NCBI GenBank assembly: GCA_964016885.1
Contig: OZ024742.1
Coordinates: 123,132,001 to 123,196,000, forward strand
From: Eledone cirrhosa
Lineage: Eukaryota
Direction: 5' to 3'
DNA length: 64,000 bases
Shown: positions 12,590-23,542 of the stretch, piece after piece
How the letters are laid out: each line of letters opens with the position of its first letter
How positions within the stretch are numbered: position 1 is the stretch's first letter
Program-made: the position numbers and the translations under genes
Notes under the pieces: model-generated
What the model saw: the letters and a program-made list of their open reading frames with translations, nothing else
Database searches by the model: none
Told to the model about the DNA's origin: nothing

Positions 12590-13925
12590 ACGAAGGAAAT
12601 GTGTTAAGGAACCAGATGGACCATAACACACCAAAGTACTCAATACTTAGGGTAGTAGAGTGGGTAATAGGAACGAGTAAGACCCCGACGGCTGAGCTCA
12701 TGCCGTTTCGACGGCTAATTCTGTACTAAATGAAAATGTTTATCCTGGTAAATGAATAGCCGAGGTTCTCAGGGGGTAATATTCCATATATGGTAAAAGT
12801 AATTGTCACAAGGATTGGTCAAAAGTTTGTTGTTGAGACACATAATTCTATCATGGCATTTTGTGGAAGGAAGGGGTAGCTGAACTTGCCAGTAGAAGAA
12901 AGAGGGTGAGGGAGTGGATGAAACCAAGTCGTGCGTTGAAAGTGACGACTACAGCAGAATCCTAAGGATAAGAGGTCAAGAGGGGAATTCGAAACAATAA
13001 GTAGATCTATATGGAGTAAATATATATAGAAGAATAAGAATGTTAAAAATATAATAAAAAAACACAATTTCTGGTTACTATTGCCCTACCACAATCATCA
13101 AATCTCTCACTGGTACTGCTAAACTATAGAAAAGTTTAATAGGTGGGGCGGGATACTAAATACGAGATTGTAGTGAAAGTATTTTATGAGTTAGTAGTAC
13201 TCGGCCTAATCTATCTTACAATGACAGGTCAACAAGTAGGGGGCCAAAATACTAAAAAAAAAAAAAACCTAATACGAAATGATAATTCCGAGTCCCGAAA
13301 CTAATACGAAATATTAATTCAGAATCCCGAAAATGAATACTAATACGATATATAAGAGTACCGCTACAATACATAAATTCTAATGCAAACTACATAAATG
13401 CTCGTACAATATATAAGAAAACATTAATACGAAAAATTAATTCAGAATCAACCCCCCCCCCCCTCGCCCGCCCCCAAAAATAAATACTGATATACGAGAA
13501 ACTAAAGCATAGATACCACTAAGATATCTAGAAATCACGGAAATGGGACAGCAATCAGATAAGAAAGCAAGTATCTAGGGTCTAACACATCAGCTATAAA
13601 AAGCGGAGTCGGCCAATTCTATCATAGAATGGGTGGGGGGGGGGGGGTACTGAAGCTACGGAGGACCGAAGGGCTGCCTAGGGGTGGGCGAGAAGGTGTA
13701 AAGAACGACGACAAAGAAGGAGAACTGGGGTGGAAGGACTAGGAAGGGATGGGGAGAAGGAGGGAATATAGAGGAAACGATAAAACATATATAAGAAAAT
13801 ATTACGTCTACCTTTGTAAGCAGGGGTTACCCATTACAAGGTCGGCAGGTGGGGTGTTACATCCCTTGTCTACTCCCCCCCCCCGGTCATTATGGGGTTT
13901 GAGAGCGAGGTAAGTCCTTTGCAAT
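12590..13925 (-). mobile_element. Unclassified repeat between (TA)n tracts, possibly a Penelope-like 3' region
   Basis: Contains the hammerhead-like motif and ~31-bp internal direct repeats at 13269-13335. No coding homology recognised. Confidence 0.3.
12682..12777 (-). ncRNA. Degenerate type I hammerhead with extended helices
   Basis: ACCCC-CTGAGAA...CGGCTA..TAGCCG-TC-GAAAC-GGC-ATGAGCTCA-GCC-GTC-GGGGT. The core reads CTGAGAA rather than CTGANGA. Confidence 0.5.
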
Positions 13926-14574
13926 CTATATATATATATATATTTATATATATATACATATGTGAGTGGGAGTTTGTGTAAAATAAAACCTTATATCAAG
14001 TTAGCTATTCAAAAAACGCGTAACAACTATTTAGATAATATAAATCTTAAATATCCACACGACATTGCTTGTATGTTTCTTTAAATAATCATATAATCGA
14101 ATTATACAAGGAACGGATTCAGTAAATTTATAATAGTACTTATTTTAAGATGTAAGGACAGAAACTGTAATCCACGTAGAACATGATTATCCTTGAACTA
14201 AATCAAATATCTTGAATCAATTAGCCTTACACTCTGGTAAATTTGATTACTCAAAATTTATACTGAGAAATAAAAACGATAAAGATGAATTATGTATTTG
14301 TCTTCCAGTCATATGGTCCAGAATAATATGAAATGGTAATGAAGTAATAGATGTGTTTAGAATTCCAAAAGGTGATAAGTAAAAACTATAGAACTGTTTA
14401 TATTTTATGTATAATACACAACATTCAGCAGATAAAAGTAGTTAGTAGCAAAATTGAATTAGTTTCAGTAGAGAGAAAAGAAATGTTAAGATGAACACGG
14501 CAGATTTCTCTTTCGAAGTTATTAGGATTCAGTATAAAACCTTTACACTTTTAACACTATATAAAATCTCTCTT

Positions 14575-14693
<119 letters not shown>

Positions 14694-15133
14694 GTGTGTG
14701 TGTGTGTGTGTGTGTGTATTTAAAAGGTAAACAGAAATAACGACACAATCGGTAGAGTATATGGAAGGAATATATTAGGTTAACGCTTGAAATAGCAGGA
14801 AGAGGGTCTTAACCTTTGGGAGGCTATATAGATATATATAGATATATATATATATAAAGAGAGAGAGAGAGAAAGAAAGAAAGAGAGAGAGTGTTCATGG
14901 TGCTAAGAACGAGGAGCCCACAAATCAGGGGAGTACTCTATGCATGGGAAGAAGCAGAGGTGGCATCATAGAGGAAGATCTAAACGTGACCGCGACGGAA
15001 AGTGATTTCGTGTCGTATACAAAACGAAACCACTTGGCCTCGCTGTCTGCCTGTCTGTCTGTTTCTCTTTCTCTTTCTCTCTCTCTCTCTTTCTCTCTCC
15101 CTCTCTAATATATATATATATATATATACACAC

Positions 15134-15174
<41 letters not shown>

Positions 15175-17626
15175 GGCATGAATGTCCCTTAATAGATAAG
15201 GCTATTTGATCGTGTTCGTGGATAACTTGAAATGTAGTTAAAAGCTAGTTACAATAATACGGCACCACTCTGTTACAGGTTTCTGCTCTTCTCAAGATTT
15301 GAAAACAGCAGCACATTCAGACGAAGAAAGTACTCGCAAATGCTTAAACATTTATCTATGTGCTTCACTGCGAATACATGTTTTATACATAGGCTCACTG
15401 AACCAACAACAGTTAATGGTATTTTCCTCTACGTCGTGTAGGAGGCGGACGGTAACACTTTCTACTTGATAGACTTGTGGATGTTTATGCTTATGTAAAT
15501 GAACAATTACATTAACGTAAATTAAATAAATAGTTTGAAAGAATTGACTGACAACACACAGAGCAATCAGTTAGATGTTTTACAGTAGTTTAGTTTTTGG
15601 TTTACCCCACTCTGTTACGATCTAGTACACGCTTGCTAAGATCAAATTCGATGTTCATTTCAAGTAATTCAGTAAAATAAATAGTATTTTTCCCTCTCTG
15701 AAATCTGCATTAAAAATACGGTTTCGGAATAGATGACAAACAGTAAATAAGCGTTATTCCGCAATTTGAAGAAATGCTGCTTAACACCATTTCAGAATTA
15801 TATTTAACAATGCACACTGCTTTCTTTATTCAGCGGGACATTCAGTTGTCAGCTAAAGCACCTTACATCGGTTTCAACGTGTGAGTGGTTAAGTATTCCA
15901 TAGACGCTTGCACCTTTAACACATTTTCCATGCTGAACCAGCGTGATACAGTTTGTGACAATGCTGAATTTTTCTATTATAGTTACAATCCACCCGGTGC
16001 GTTTCCACGCACTTTCTTTCTATCTTATTTAAATTAAAATGCTTGGATCAATATGATGCTATGCTAGATACACGTGCCTAAGAAGCCACTCATTGGGATC
16101 GAACTTGGGATATTACGAATACTGAACAAACTCCTTACCCACGTAGGTATGCCTGTGTCCACAACTAGCTACTAACCTTTTAAGTAAGGGAGTTGTTAAT
16201 AAATACATCTGATTGTCCCTTTATTTCTTATGTAAAAACAATCTTAAAATATACACTATCAAATTATTTTGCCACAAGTGTGACATACTCAGTTATTAAT
16301 AAGCATACCTTAGAAATTATAATTATTAGCAGTTGTACATTTTAGGTACAATTAATACTTGAAAAGACGGTTTTGTTAGCCTAAGTCGACCACTGAACCA
16401 CAATTTCATGGGAGCTCACTATAATCTACGATCGCAATAAACAGATTTACATTGATTTCTTTGTAGTTTACTTGTCAGACAATATGTGTTAAGTGTATAA
16501 ATCTAATTGAATCTGAATGAATATATTGCCAATCATCACTGGCATTTTTATTATCTGTTTCTTATCAGTAAAGTGTGCTTATAAATCCCTAAAGTACAAA
16601 ATCAACATTTACTACAGGTTATTACGGAGTCATGAGAGGTTGCAGCGTAATTACACATCTGATTAGAGAATAAAATAAGATACAAAGCTATTCTTTCTGA
16701 CCTCACACTATATTTAATTTGCAAACAATGAGGATAATATTCAGAATAAATCTGAAGTGATTTCTTGTATAAACACGAATAAAAAAAATAACAATAATAT
16801 TAATATCTAACGTTGGTATAATGGCAGAAACATAAACACAATGAATAATTAAATTCAGCAAAGGTTTTTATCTAGTTTTCAACGAATTACTTTTAATAAT
16901 AATAACATTGTTATTAATTTCACTTTTTACATTGGCACAGGCCATCCATTCTTGGTTGCAGATATAGAGACTTGAAAGGCAAAGCCAATCCAGAGTGTAA
17001 TTGGATATAGAATAAATTCAACTATATATCGTCCCAACGACCTGCTATTCATTACGAGAAAATATAGGCGGTACCTATCAGCTGTCGTTCGACTAACTAT
17101 TAATAACTCAAATGACACTCATATATTATAAAACATATTTTGAATATGTGAACGTCTTCATTTATTAATATTTTGTATAATATATATATATTGTGTGTGC
17201 ATGTATATATATACACACATGAAGAAGAATGGAATATTATCACTCCAAAACTGCAATATGATGGAAATAGTTTCATTGGTCTGCTTTGACGAGTTCCACT
17301 CCAATCGGTAAGCGAATGAGGTCTGGGAACTTGTCGATCGATTAGAAAAAAATCATGTGGATATCTTATCATATAATCTTATCACATAGTATCATTATAA
17401 GATATCCATTATATAGATATATTTCTTTATTAGCCACAGGGGCATAAAAAGAAGGGACAAATACAAAGGGGGAGTTTACATATAATCGAGTAAAAAGGGT
17501 GTAACATGAAAATAACCTCAAAAGGGAGGGGACGTGATGGGGGTTGCACACACCCCCGAAAAAGTGTGCAATCCTTTGCCCGGGGAGCACATGGAGAAGG
17601 TGCTCCCCTCTCCTTTACTTCTTTAC

Positions 17627-20600
17627 CTACAGGATGGTATACAGAGAAGGCCCATTTACACGAGCCATTCTCGCCACTATCACCCACCTTTCATAAAACT
17701 GCCTGTGGCCAAGCACCTCTCTCTCCATTCTTATCCTTCTTCCGAAGTGATATCGGAAGAAGTAGACCAGACTATGGCCAGAGAGGAAGTTGCCTGACCT
17801 CAGACCTTTCAATCGTGTCCACCAAACAACCTCTTTCAACATGGCTATTACGCACAGAAAAACCGCCTTTGCTTCCTTTGTGAAGAGGGGAGGTGGTTTG
17901 ATTGTCATCACGGACTCGGCGGTCAATTTAATCGGCGCCACCCGCGACAGCAGTTGTTCGGCGTAGCCCCACAGATCAGCCACGCCCGGACATTGCACCA
18001 ATGCGTGCGCAACGGTTTCTTCGTGACGCACGCATCTAGGGCATATCTTTTTTGAGGGATCCCTGCCCGGGCGCCCGTGTCTGTAGAGCCTCTCTCGAAC
18101 GGGTAGAGCCCCCCGGTAGCACTGCCAGGCCAGTGACTTCTGGAAGTTGTCCATTGGTCCTGGGCCGAAAGTCCTACCGAACAGGCTGGCCAGTTCGTCT
18201 TCTTCCATGTCCAGCGACTCTCCAAGGGTGTCATCGCCCCTGCTAGACACCAGCCCTCTATAGAATGATGAGGTGGATTCTCCACCGATGGCCTGGCCCG
18301 CTTGCCAGAGAGCCCTGAGCGCCTGAGCACACTCAGTGTGCCAGTCTCCCAGTTTTCCGGATCTTTGCTTGACCCAGGACTGTAGCTCGGTGAGTGAGAC
18401 GAGTCTCGGAAAGGCTCGTTTCACAAACGGAGCCCACACCGGTTGACCAGTGAGGAATATCTGTAGGTGCCGTAGCCTTAATGCGTGCCTACGCATCATC
18501 AACCACGGCATCCCCAGCCCTCCTTTCGAAGGTTGTTGGCAGCAGATGGATCTTCTCACCATAGGAGGACGCTTCTTCCAAAGAAATTGAAAGAGCATGC
18601 GTTCCATGGTGGTGAGTGTTTCCTTAGGGCAAGGCACGACAGTCAGGTGGTAGTAAGTGACGGACGCTATGTAAATGTTCGCCACCTCCGCCCGGCCTTT
18701 TAGGGACAGCTTACACTTGGCCCATTTCTGGGTTAGTGCAAACACCTTGTTCGTAACCTCGTTCCAGTTCTTTTCCACCTGGAGGTCCGGTCCAAACCAG
18801 ACCCCAAGCAACTTTACCGGGCCCTCCGTCCAGTGTCCGACGACACCGTCAGGAGGCATCGGTCTGCCTCTCCACGTTCCGAGTTGCAGCCCGATGGATT
18901 TTTCCCGGTTCAGTTTCGCTCCTGACAACCTTTCGTACTCCTCCAGTAAGGTACCGATCGCCTCGATCTCCGAGTCGGTTGATACCATTACTGTTACGTC
19001 ATCGGCGTAGGCCGACACCGCTTTGCTCAATCCTGGTTCCAGGGGGATACCCTGCAAAAACTCCAACTTCCTCAGTAAAGGCTCGAGAGTCAATACGTAC
19101 AGAAGGGAGGAGAGAGGGCATCCCTGTCGAATGGATCGTGTGATTTCGAACGGCTTCGAAAGGTAGCCGTTCACCTTGATCCTAGAACAGATGTGGTTGC
19201 TATGTAGGGCAGTGATCCAGCCTCTGAAAACAGGACCGAACCCAGCCGCCGCTAGCACCGCATCCAGGTAACCATGGTCGACCCTATCGAAGGCCTTAGA
19301 CTGATCCAAGTTGATCAGGGCCCCACCGAAGCCGGGTTTGTTGCCAACCCTCTCTATGATGTATCGCATGAGGTGGAGGTTATCGTGAATGGACCTGGAT
19401 TGGATAGCACATGTCTGCGCATCTCCCACCAGGCCACCCACCACAAGCGCCAACCTCTTTGCTAACACCTTGGCCAAAATCTTTAACTCTGTGTTTAGCA
19501 GGGTTATGGGCCGAAAATTATTTATACTATCCCCCTTGTTCTCGTCCTTCCTCACCAGCGTGACTACGCCCTTGGCTACAGAACAAGGAATTCTCCCGTT
19601 CTGCTGCCAATTGCAGTAGACCGCTTCGAGGAGTTCGGAGAAGAAGACCGGCATTGCTAAATAAAGTTCGTAAGGTATACCATCGAGACCTGGAGATTTG
19701 CGTCTGCTGCATTGGCTCAGCGCATCTCCGATCTCATCAGCCGAGATTGGTCCCTCGCAGGTCTCTGCCTCTTCGTTCGAGAGACGCGGCAGGCCGTCGA
19801 GGTATGGACCGAAATCCACGCCCCGGCCCGGACCCTCGTCTCCCCCGAACAATCGGGCAAAGTGCTTTTGAAAGGCCTCGCACATCTGCTTAGGCTCCCG
19901 GATCACTCGTCCATCTTCGTCTTGCAACGACCGGATGGTGGATCGATTTCCACTCTTAGCTTCTGTCACGCGGGCCCATCCAACGGCTTTGGCCCCCTCA
20001 TTACCTAGAGCACGTATTTTACTTCGAATGACGCAGCCTTCGTGCTTTGCATCGAAAAACTGGTTCAAGGCCGTCCTCGATGCCAGCACTCGGGCCACAT
20101 CTTCGCTCTTGATTGCCTCTTCTAATTTACCTGTTAATTCTTTCTCGTTTCTATTCCTATCGGCAGCTAACATCTTGCTATAACTTATTGATTCTGTTCT
20201 AATCTCTCTTTTGAGAGATGCCCACCATCGGTTGTTGACGATTGCACCCGTCAACCTCTCCTTAACTAATCTGCTAATCCGGTTTCTGTAAGTCTCTTTT
20301 GCCGGTAAAGACAAATTAAGTTTCCAGTAACCGGGACTCTGTCTATGTGTTTTCTCGAGATTGACCACGCAGGTCACTAATTTGTGATCCGTGTAGCCAA
20401 CCGTGCGCATTTCTGGACAGCTTAATATGTCCCTATCCTTACTTCTAACTAAGAATCTATCTAAGTACGATCTAGATTGACCACTGTGGTTTCTCCAAGT
20501 CCAGGTAGGCACAGTTGGAAAATCTAGTCGATATCTATCGACCAAGTTAAAACGGTCGAGTAACCCCTTGAGGCTGTTACACCCCCCTCTATTAGGACAT

Positions 20601-21064
20601 GCTCCTGCATAGTCCCAACGTGCATCCAGGATGTCATTCCAATCCCCCGCTAGAAGCAGGGAACGCGACGTTGCCAGAAAAGTCTCCAAACGCTGGAAGA
20701 AGTCGGGCCGTTCAGCTCCGAAAGGGGAGTAGACGGCGACCAGTCTCAAGGCCGCACTTTCACTACTGCCAACGTCTAGCACCAACAAACGACCCTCCGG
20801 GTCCGAGTGCACAACCTGTACGGCAAGACCCAGGTGTTTTTGCAGCAGTACGACAACCCCACCCCCACCTCCAGGTTGACAGAGAGATGCATGCACCTCA
20901 AAGTCATCGAAGGTGGGGGCCAGCTGCCGCACGACGCTGATTCGAGTCTCACAGATAACCATTACATTTATACTACATGACCTGAGGTCATTTAGAAGCT
21001 TTGCTTGCTTCCAAGTTGAGCCCAGGCCACGTGCATTCAAACATCCTACTCTTAACACATCCAT
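17627..21064 (-). CDS. Copy B ORF2: APE endonuclease, reverse transcriptase and CCHC zinc finger (1145 aa)
   Basis: Motifs NARGL, GDWN, YLDRF, TDH, PGLDG, FRPITLLN, DQSKAFD, QGCPLS, YADD, GGLG and CPRC-x8-H-x4-C. Confidence 0.97.
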   Translation of the reverse strand: MDVLRVGCLNARGLGSTWKQAKLLNDLRSCSINVMVICETRISVVRQLAPTFDDFEVHASLCQPGGGGGVVVLLQKHLGLAVQVVHSDPEGRLLVLDVGSSESAALRLVAVYSPFGAERPDFFQRLETFLATSRSLLLAGDWNDILDARWDYAGACPNRGGCNSLKGLLDRFNLVDRYRLDFPTVPTWTWRNHSGQSRSYLDRFLVRSKDRDILSCPEMRTVGYTDHKLVTCVVNLEKTHRQSPGYWKLNLSLPAKETYRNRISRLVKERLTGAIVNNRWWASLKREIRTESISYSKMLAADRNRNEKELTGKLEEAIKSEDVARVLASRTALNQFFDAKHEGCVIRSKIRALGNEGAKAVGWARVTEAKSGNRSTIRSLQDEDGRVIREPKQMCEAFQKHFARLFGGDEGPGRGVDFGPYLDGLPRLSNEEAETCEGPISADEIGDALSQCSRRKSPGLDGIPYELYLAMPVFFSELLEAVYCNWQQNGRIPCSVAKGVVTLVRKDENKGDSINNFRPITLLNTELKILAKVLAKRLALVVGGLVGDAQTCAIQSRSIHDNLHLMRYIIERVGNKPGFGGALINLDQSKAFDRVDHGYLDAVLAAAGFGPVFRGWITALHSNHICSRIKVNGYLSKPFEITRSIRQGCPLSSLLYVLTLEPLLRKLEFLQGIPLEPGLSKAVSAYADDVTVMVSTDSEIEAIGTLLEEYERLSGAKLNREKSIGLQLGTWRGRPMPPDGVVGHWTEGPVKLLGVWFGPDLQVEKNWNEVTNKVFALTQKWAKCKLSLKGRAEVANIYIASVTYYHLTVVPCPKETLTTMERMLFQFLWKKRPPMVRRSICCQQPSKGGLGMPWLMMRRHALRLRHLQIFLTGQPVWAPFVKRAFPRLVSLTELQSWVKQRSGKLGDWHTECAQALRALWQAGQAIGGESTSSFYRGLVSSRGDDTLGESLDMEEDELASLFGRTFGPGPMDNFQKSLAWQCYRGALPVRERLYRHGRPGRDPSKKICPRCVRHEETVAHALVQCPGVADLWGYAEQLLSRVAPIKLTAESVMTIKPPPLFTKEAKAVFLCVIAMLKEVVWWTRLKGLRSGNFLSGHSLVYFFRYHFGRRIRMEREVLGHRQFYERWVIVARMARVNGPSLYTIL

Positions 21065-21097
21065 GTGGGCGGCAGAGCCAAAGGAGAGTGTAGAGAC

Positions 21098-22999
21098 CTA
21101 CCTTTCCGCTTCCCGGGGTTCGGGTTGCACGACTTCCATGGGGTCGGGGGTGTTGGGTGAAGGGGTGTCTTGTGGTGGTCTGGGGTCGTCAGTGTGTGGT
21201 GGGGTTGGGGTGTTTGGAGTTATGTTGGGGAAGGGAAGGGGAGGGGGAAAGCTTTTTAGTAGGACGCGGTTTATGGGTTTGACAGAGGGTGGTCCTACGT
21301 CCTCCTTAAAATCCTTTTTTAGTTTTTGGTAGAGGTTCATTGGGATCTTTATTAGTTTTAAATGTGGGTGGTTTTCTGACGAAACAAAGTTTACACCTTC
21401 GGTTTGTACCGAAGGATTATTGTATATGAGTTCATTTAATTTATTATTGTTTCTGTTGATGTAAGTATAGTGTAATGTCTTTTTTTCCGATGGTGTGAGC
21501 GTTTCGAAGAGGGGAGGGGCAGGTTTGGTTTTGTTTGTTGCTGGAGGGGTGTTTTCTGTTTTGTTGGATTGTGTTGAGATTTGGGTGGGGGTTGTTTGTC
21601 CTTGTGTGTTTTGCACATGTTTTCTTTTTTTCCTTTTAATCTGTCTGAAGGACTCCGTTTCTTCCTCCGAATTCGTTGGGTTATCTTCAGTGTTGGAGGG
21701 AAGAGGTTTGTTTGCTGGTAATGTTTCCGTGTTGGTTTTCTTTGTGGGGGAGATGGATGTCACTATGTTAGACTGTGTTGTGTGTTGTGTCTGCGGTGGT
21801 TGTGTTGTTTTATTGAGTGAGAGGTTGGGTGGGCCTGTATTTTGTTTTGGGGTAATGTGTTGTGACTGTTTGTGTTGTGGTGGTGTTGTGATTTTACTGA
21901 GGGACGGGTTGGGTGGGACTGAGTTTTGTTGTTTGTTTATCTGTTGTGGTCGTGGTGGTGGAGCTGGTGTTGGTAGCAGGGTTTTCTTTTTGTTGAGTTG
22001 GGGACAAGCGGCCTTCAGGTGCCCTCTGCCTGCACAGATATGGCAGGACGGCCTTCTCCCCTCCACGCTAATGTTTATATACCCGTGGTCCTCTAATAGG
22101 ATTCTGTCGGGTATTTGGGCGATGCGTTCAGTCTTCATTTGTACTACCAGCTCTATACCTGTTCCACTGAACGCATTGCCTGTGGTTTTCCCAATGGAAA
22201 TCACGTTGTCATTCACTGGATCGATGAAGCCAGCTATGAGCCAGCAGTAGTCCACATCTGGCATCATTGCATCCAGCCATATGCGTTGAGTTCTTTTCCC
22301 CATATAAGATGGATAAAAGGTGAAATTTTTCGAACGAATCGGTGACAAAGCACATTTTTTTGCCGCCGATTCGTTCTTCATGATAATTGCTAGGCTTCCA
22401 TACAGTCTGTCTTTTCTTATGAAAGTGGTTTCATTGAGTACTTCTGTGAGTACTGTTTTGATATCTGCTTGAGAAGGCTGTTCAGGTTTTTTTGTACTGT
22501 TGTTGATGGTCCGAAACTTGACCGTTCGGCTTTCAATGTCTTTCGTGAATTCTTGAGGCATTTTTACCGATAAAATACCATTCTCTCCTTCACTTATGTA
22601 TTGTTTGGCGTCCGTGATCCTTCGTACCACATTTGAAATGTTTTCCGCTATATAAGTCAAAGATTTATTTGTTTTCTGTGCAAATGAAATCTTGTCGTCT
22701 GCTTTGTTTTCTGATATGGTGTTATTTTCAACTGTTATTTTTGTGTTTGTTGTGTCTTTGTTTGTGTTATTAGTATTGTCATGCAATTTTTGAAATTTTT
22801 TTTTTTCGTTGTTGGAATCCAAGTCCAGATTTGTGTTTTCGTCATTTAATTTTTTCTCCGCAGATTCGTCTGTTTTTATTTTAATTTTTCCTTCCTTCTC
22901 TATGACGTTAGTTGGGAAGGAAGGGAGGACTAAAGCGTGCGAGCTTACAACTCTTACCGCTGTCCCCCCACCACTATTTTCGTTCGCTGCGTTTAACAT
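21098..22999 (-). CDS. Copy B ORF1: nucleic-acid-binding protein with a CCHC knuckle (633 aa)
   Basis: VEGRRPSCHICAGRGHLKAAC. Lies upstream of ORF2 and is homologous to ORF1 of C and D. Confidence 0.93.
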   Translation of the reverse strand: MLNAANENSGGGTAVRVVSSHALVLPSFPTNVIEKEGKIKIKTDESAEKKLNDENTNLDLDSNNEKKKFQKLHDNTNNTNKDTTNTKITVENNTISENKADDKISFAQKTNKSLTYIAENISNVVRRITDAKQYISEGENGILSVKMPQEFTKDIESRTVKFRTINNSTKKPEQPSQADIKTVLTEVLNETTFIRKDRLYGSLAIIMKNESAAKKCALSPIRSKNFTFYPSYMGKRTQRIWLDAMMPDVDYCWLIAGFIDPVNDNVISIGKTTGNAFSGTGIELVVQMKTERIAQIPDRILLEDHGYINISVEGRRPSCHICAGRGHLKAACPQLNKKKTLLPTPAPPPRPQQINKQQNSVPPNPSLSKITTPPQHKQSQHITPKQNTGPPNLSLNKTTQPPQTQHTTQSNIVTSISPTKKTNTETLPANKPLPSNTEDNPTNSEEETESFRQIKRKKRKHVQNTQGQTTPTQISTQSNKTENTPPATNKTKPAPPLFETLTPSEKKTLHYTYINRNNNKLNELIYNNPSVQTEGVNFVSSENHPHLKLIKIPMNLYQKLKKDFKEDVGPPSVKPINRVLLKSFPPPLPFPNITPNTPTPPHTDDPRPPQDTPSPNTPDPMEVVQPEPREAER

Positions 23000-23232
23000 T
23001 TCTGTTAGACGATTGAAATTTTTTACACAAAATTTTTTAAAACAGGTTTTTCACCTCTAGGAGGGGTAAAGATGAGCTGACCCACCGCCTGACAGTTCAG
23101 ACGGAGGGTCAAGCTACACAATTGTATCAAAATTAAGTTTGAACTCACAAAATTTCCTCAATAAATTTGAACAAAACTTCTGTGCGAAGTGAATGACATC
23201 CACACTGTAGAACAGACGACAGCTAGATTTCT

Positions 23233-23275
<43 letters not shown>

Positions 23276-23300
23276 TATAGATAGATAGATAGATAGATAG
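23233..23300. repeat. (GATA)n tract, the (TATC)n tail of copy C
   Basis: Immediately follows AATAAAGAAATA on the minus strand. Confidence 0.95.
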
Positions 23301-23542
23301 ATATATTTCTTTATTAGCCACAGGGGCACAAAAGAAGGGGACAAATACAAAGGGGGAAGTTTACATACAATAAAAACGTGTAAAATGTTATCACAGATGG
23401 AATTTAAAAGTTAGTCGATTTTCCCCAATAGAGGGAGACAGTTTATATGGGTAACACATACCCCCGAAAAAAATGTGCAACCCTCATCTCCAGGAGTACG
23501 AAGAGCTTGTACTCCTTTCCTCTCCTCCTCCTTTTCCTCAAT

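Larger units (their letters stand above)
17412..23207 (-). mobile_element. L1/Tx1-clade retrotransposon, copy B (full length, both ORFs intact)
   Basis: 5' UTR starting CAGT, ORF1, 33-nt spacer, ORF2, ~200-nt 3' UTR, AATAAA at 17426-17431 and a short TATC tail. Confidence 0.96.

Noticed and set aside
12602-13861. Solo LTR (TGTAAC...TAACA on the minus strand)
   Set aside because: There is no matching TSD, PBS or PPT, and the hammerhead-like motif fits a different class.
16930-17320. Possible host exons
   Set aside because: No coherent ORF with splice sites and recognisable homology.
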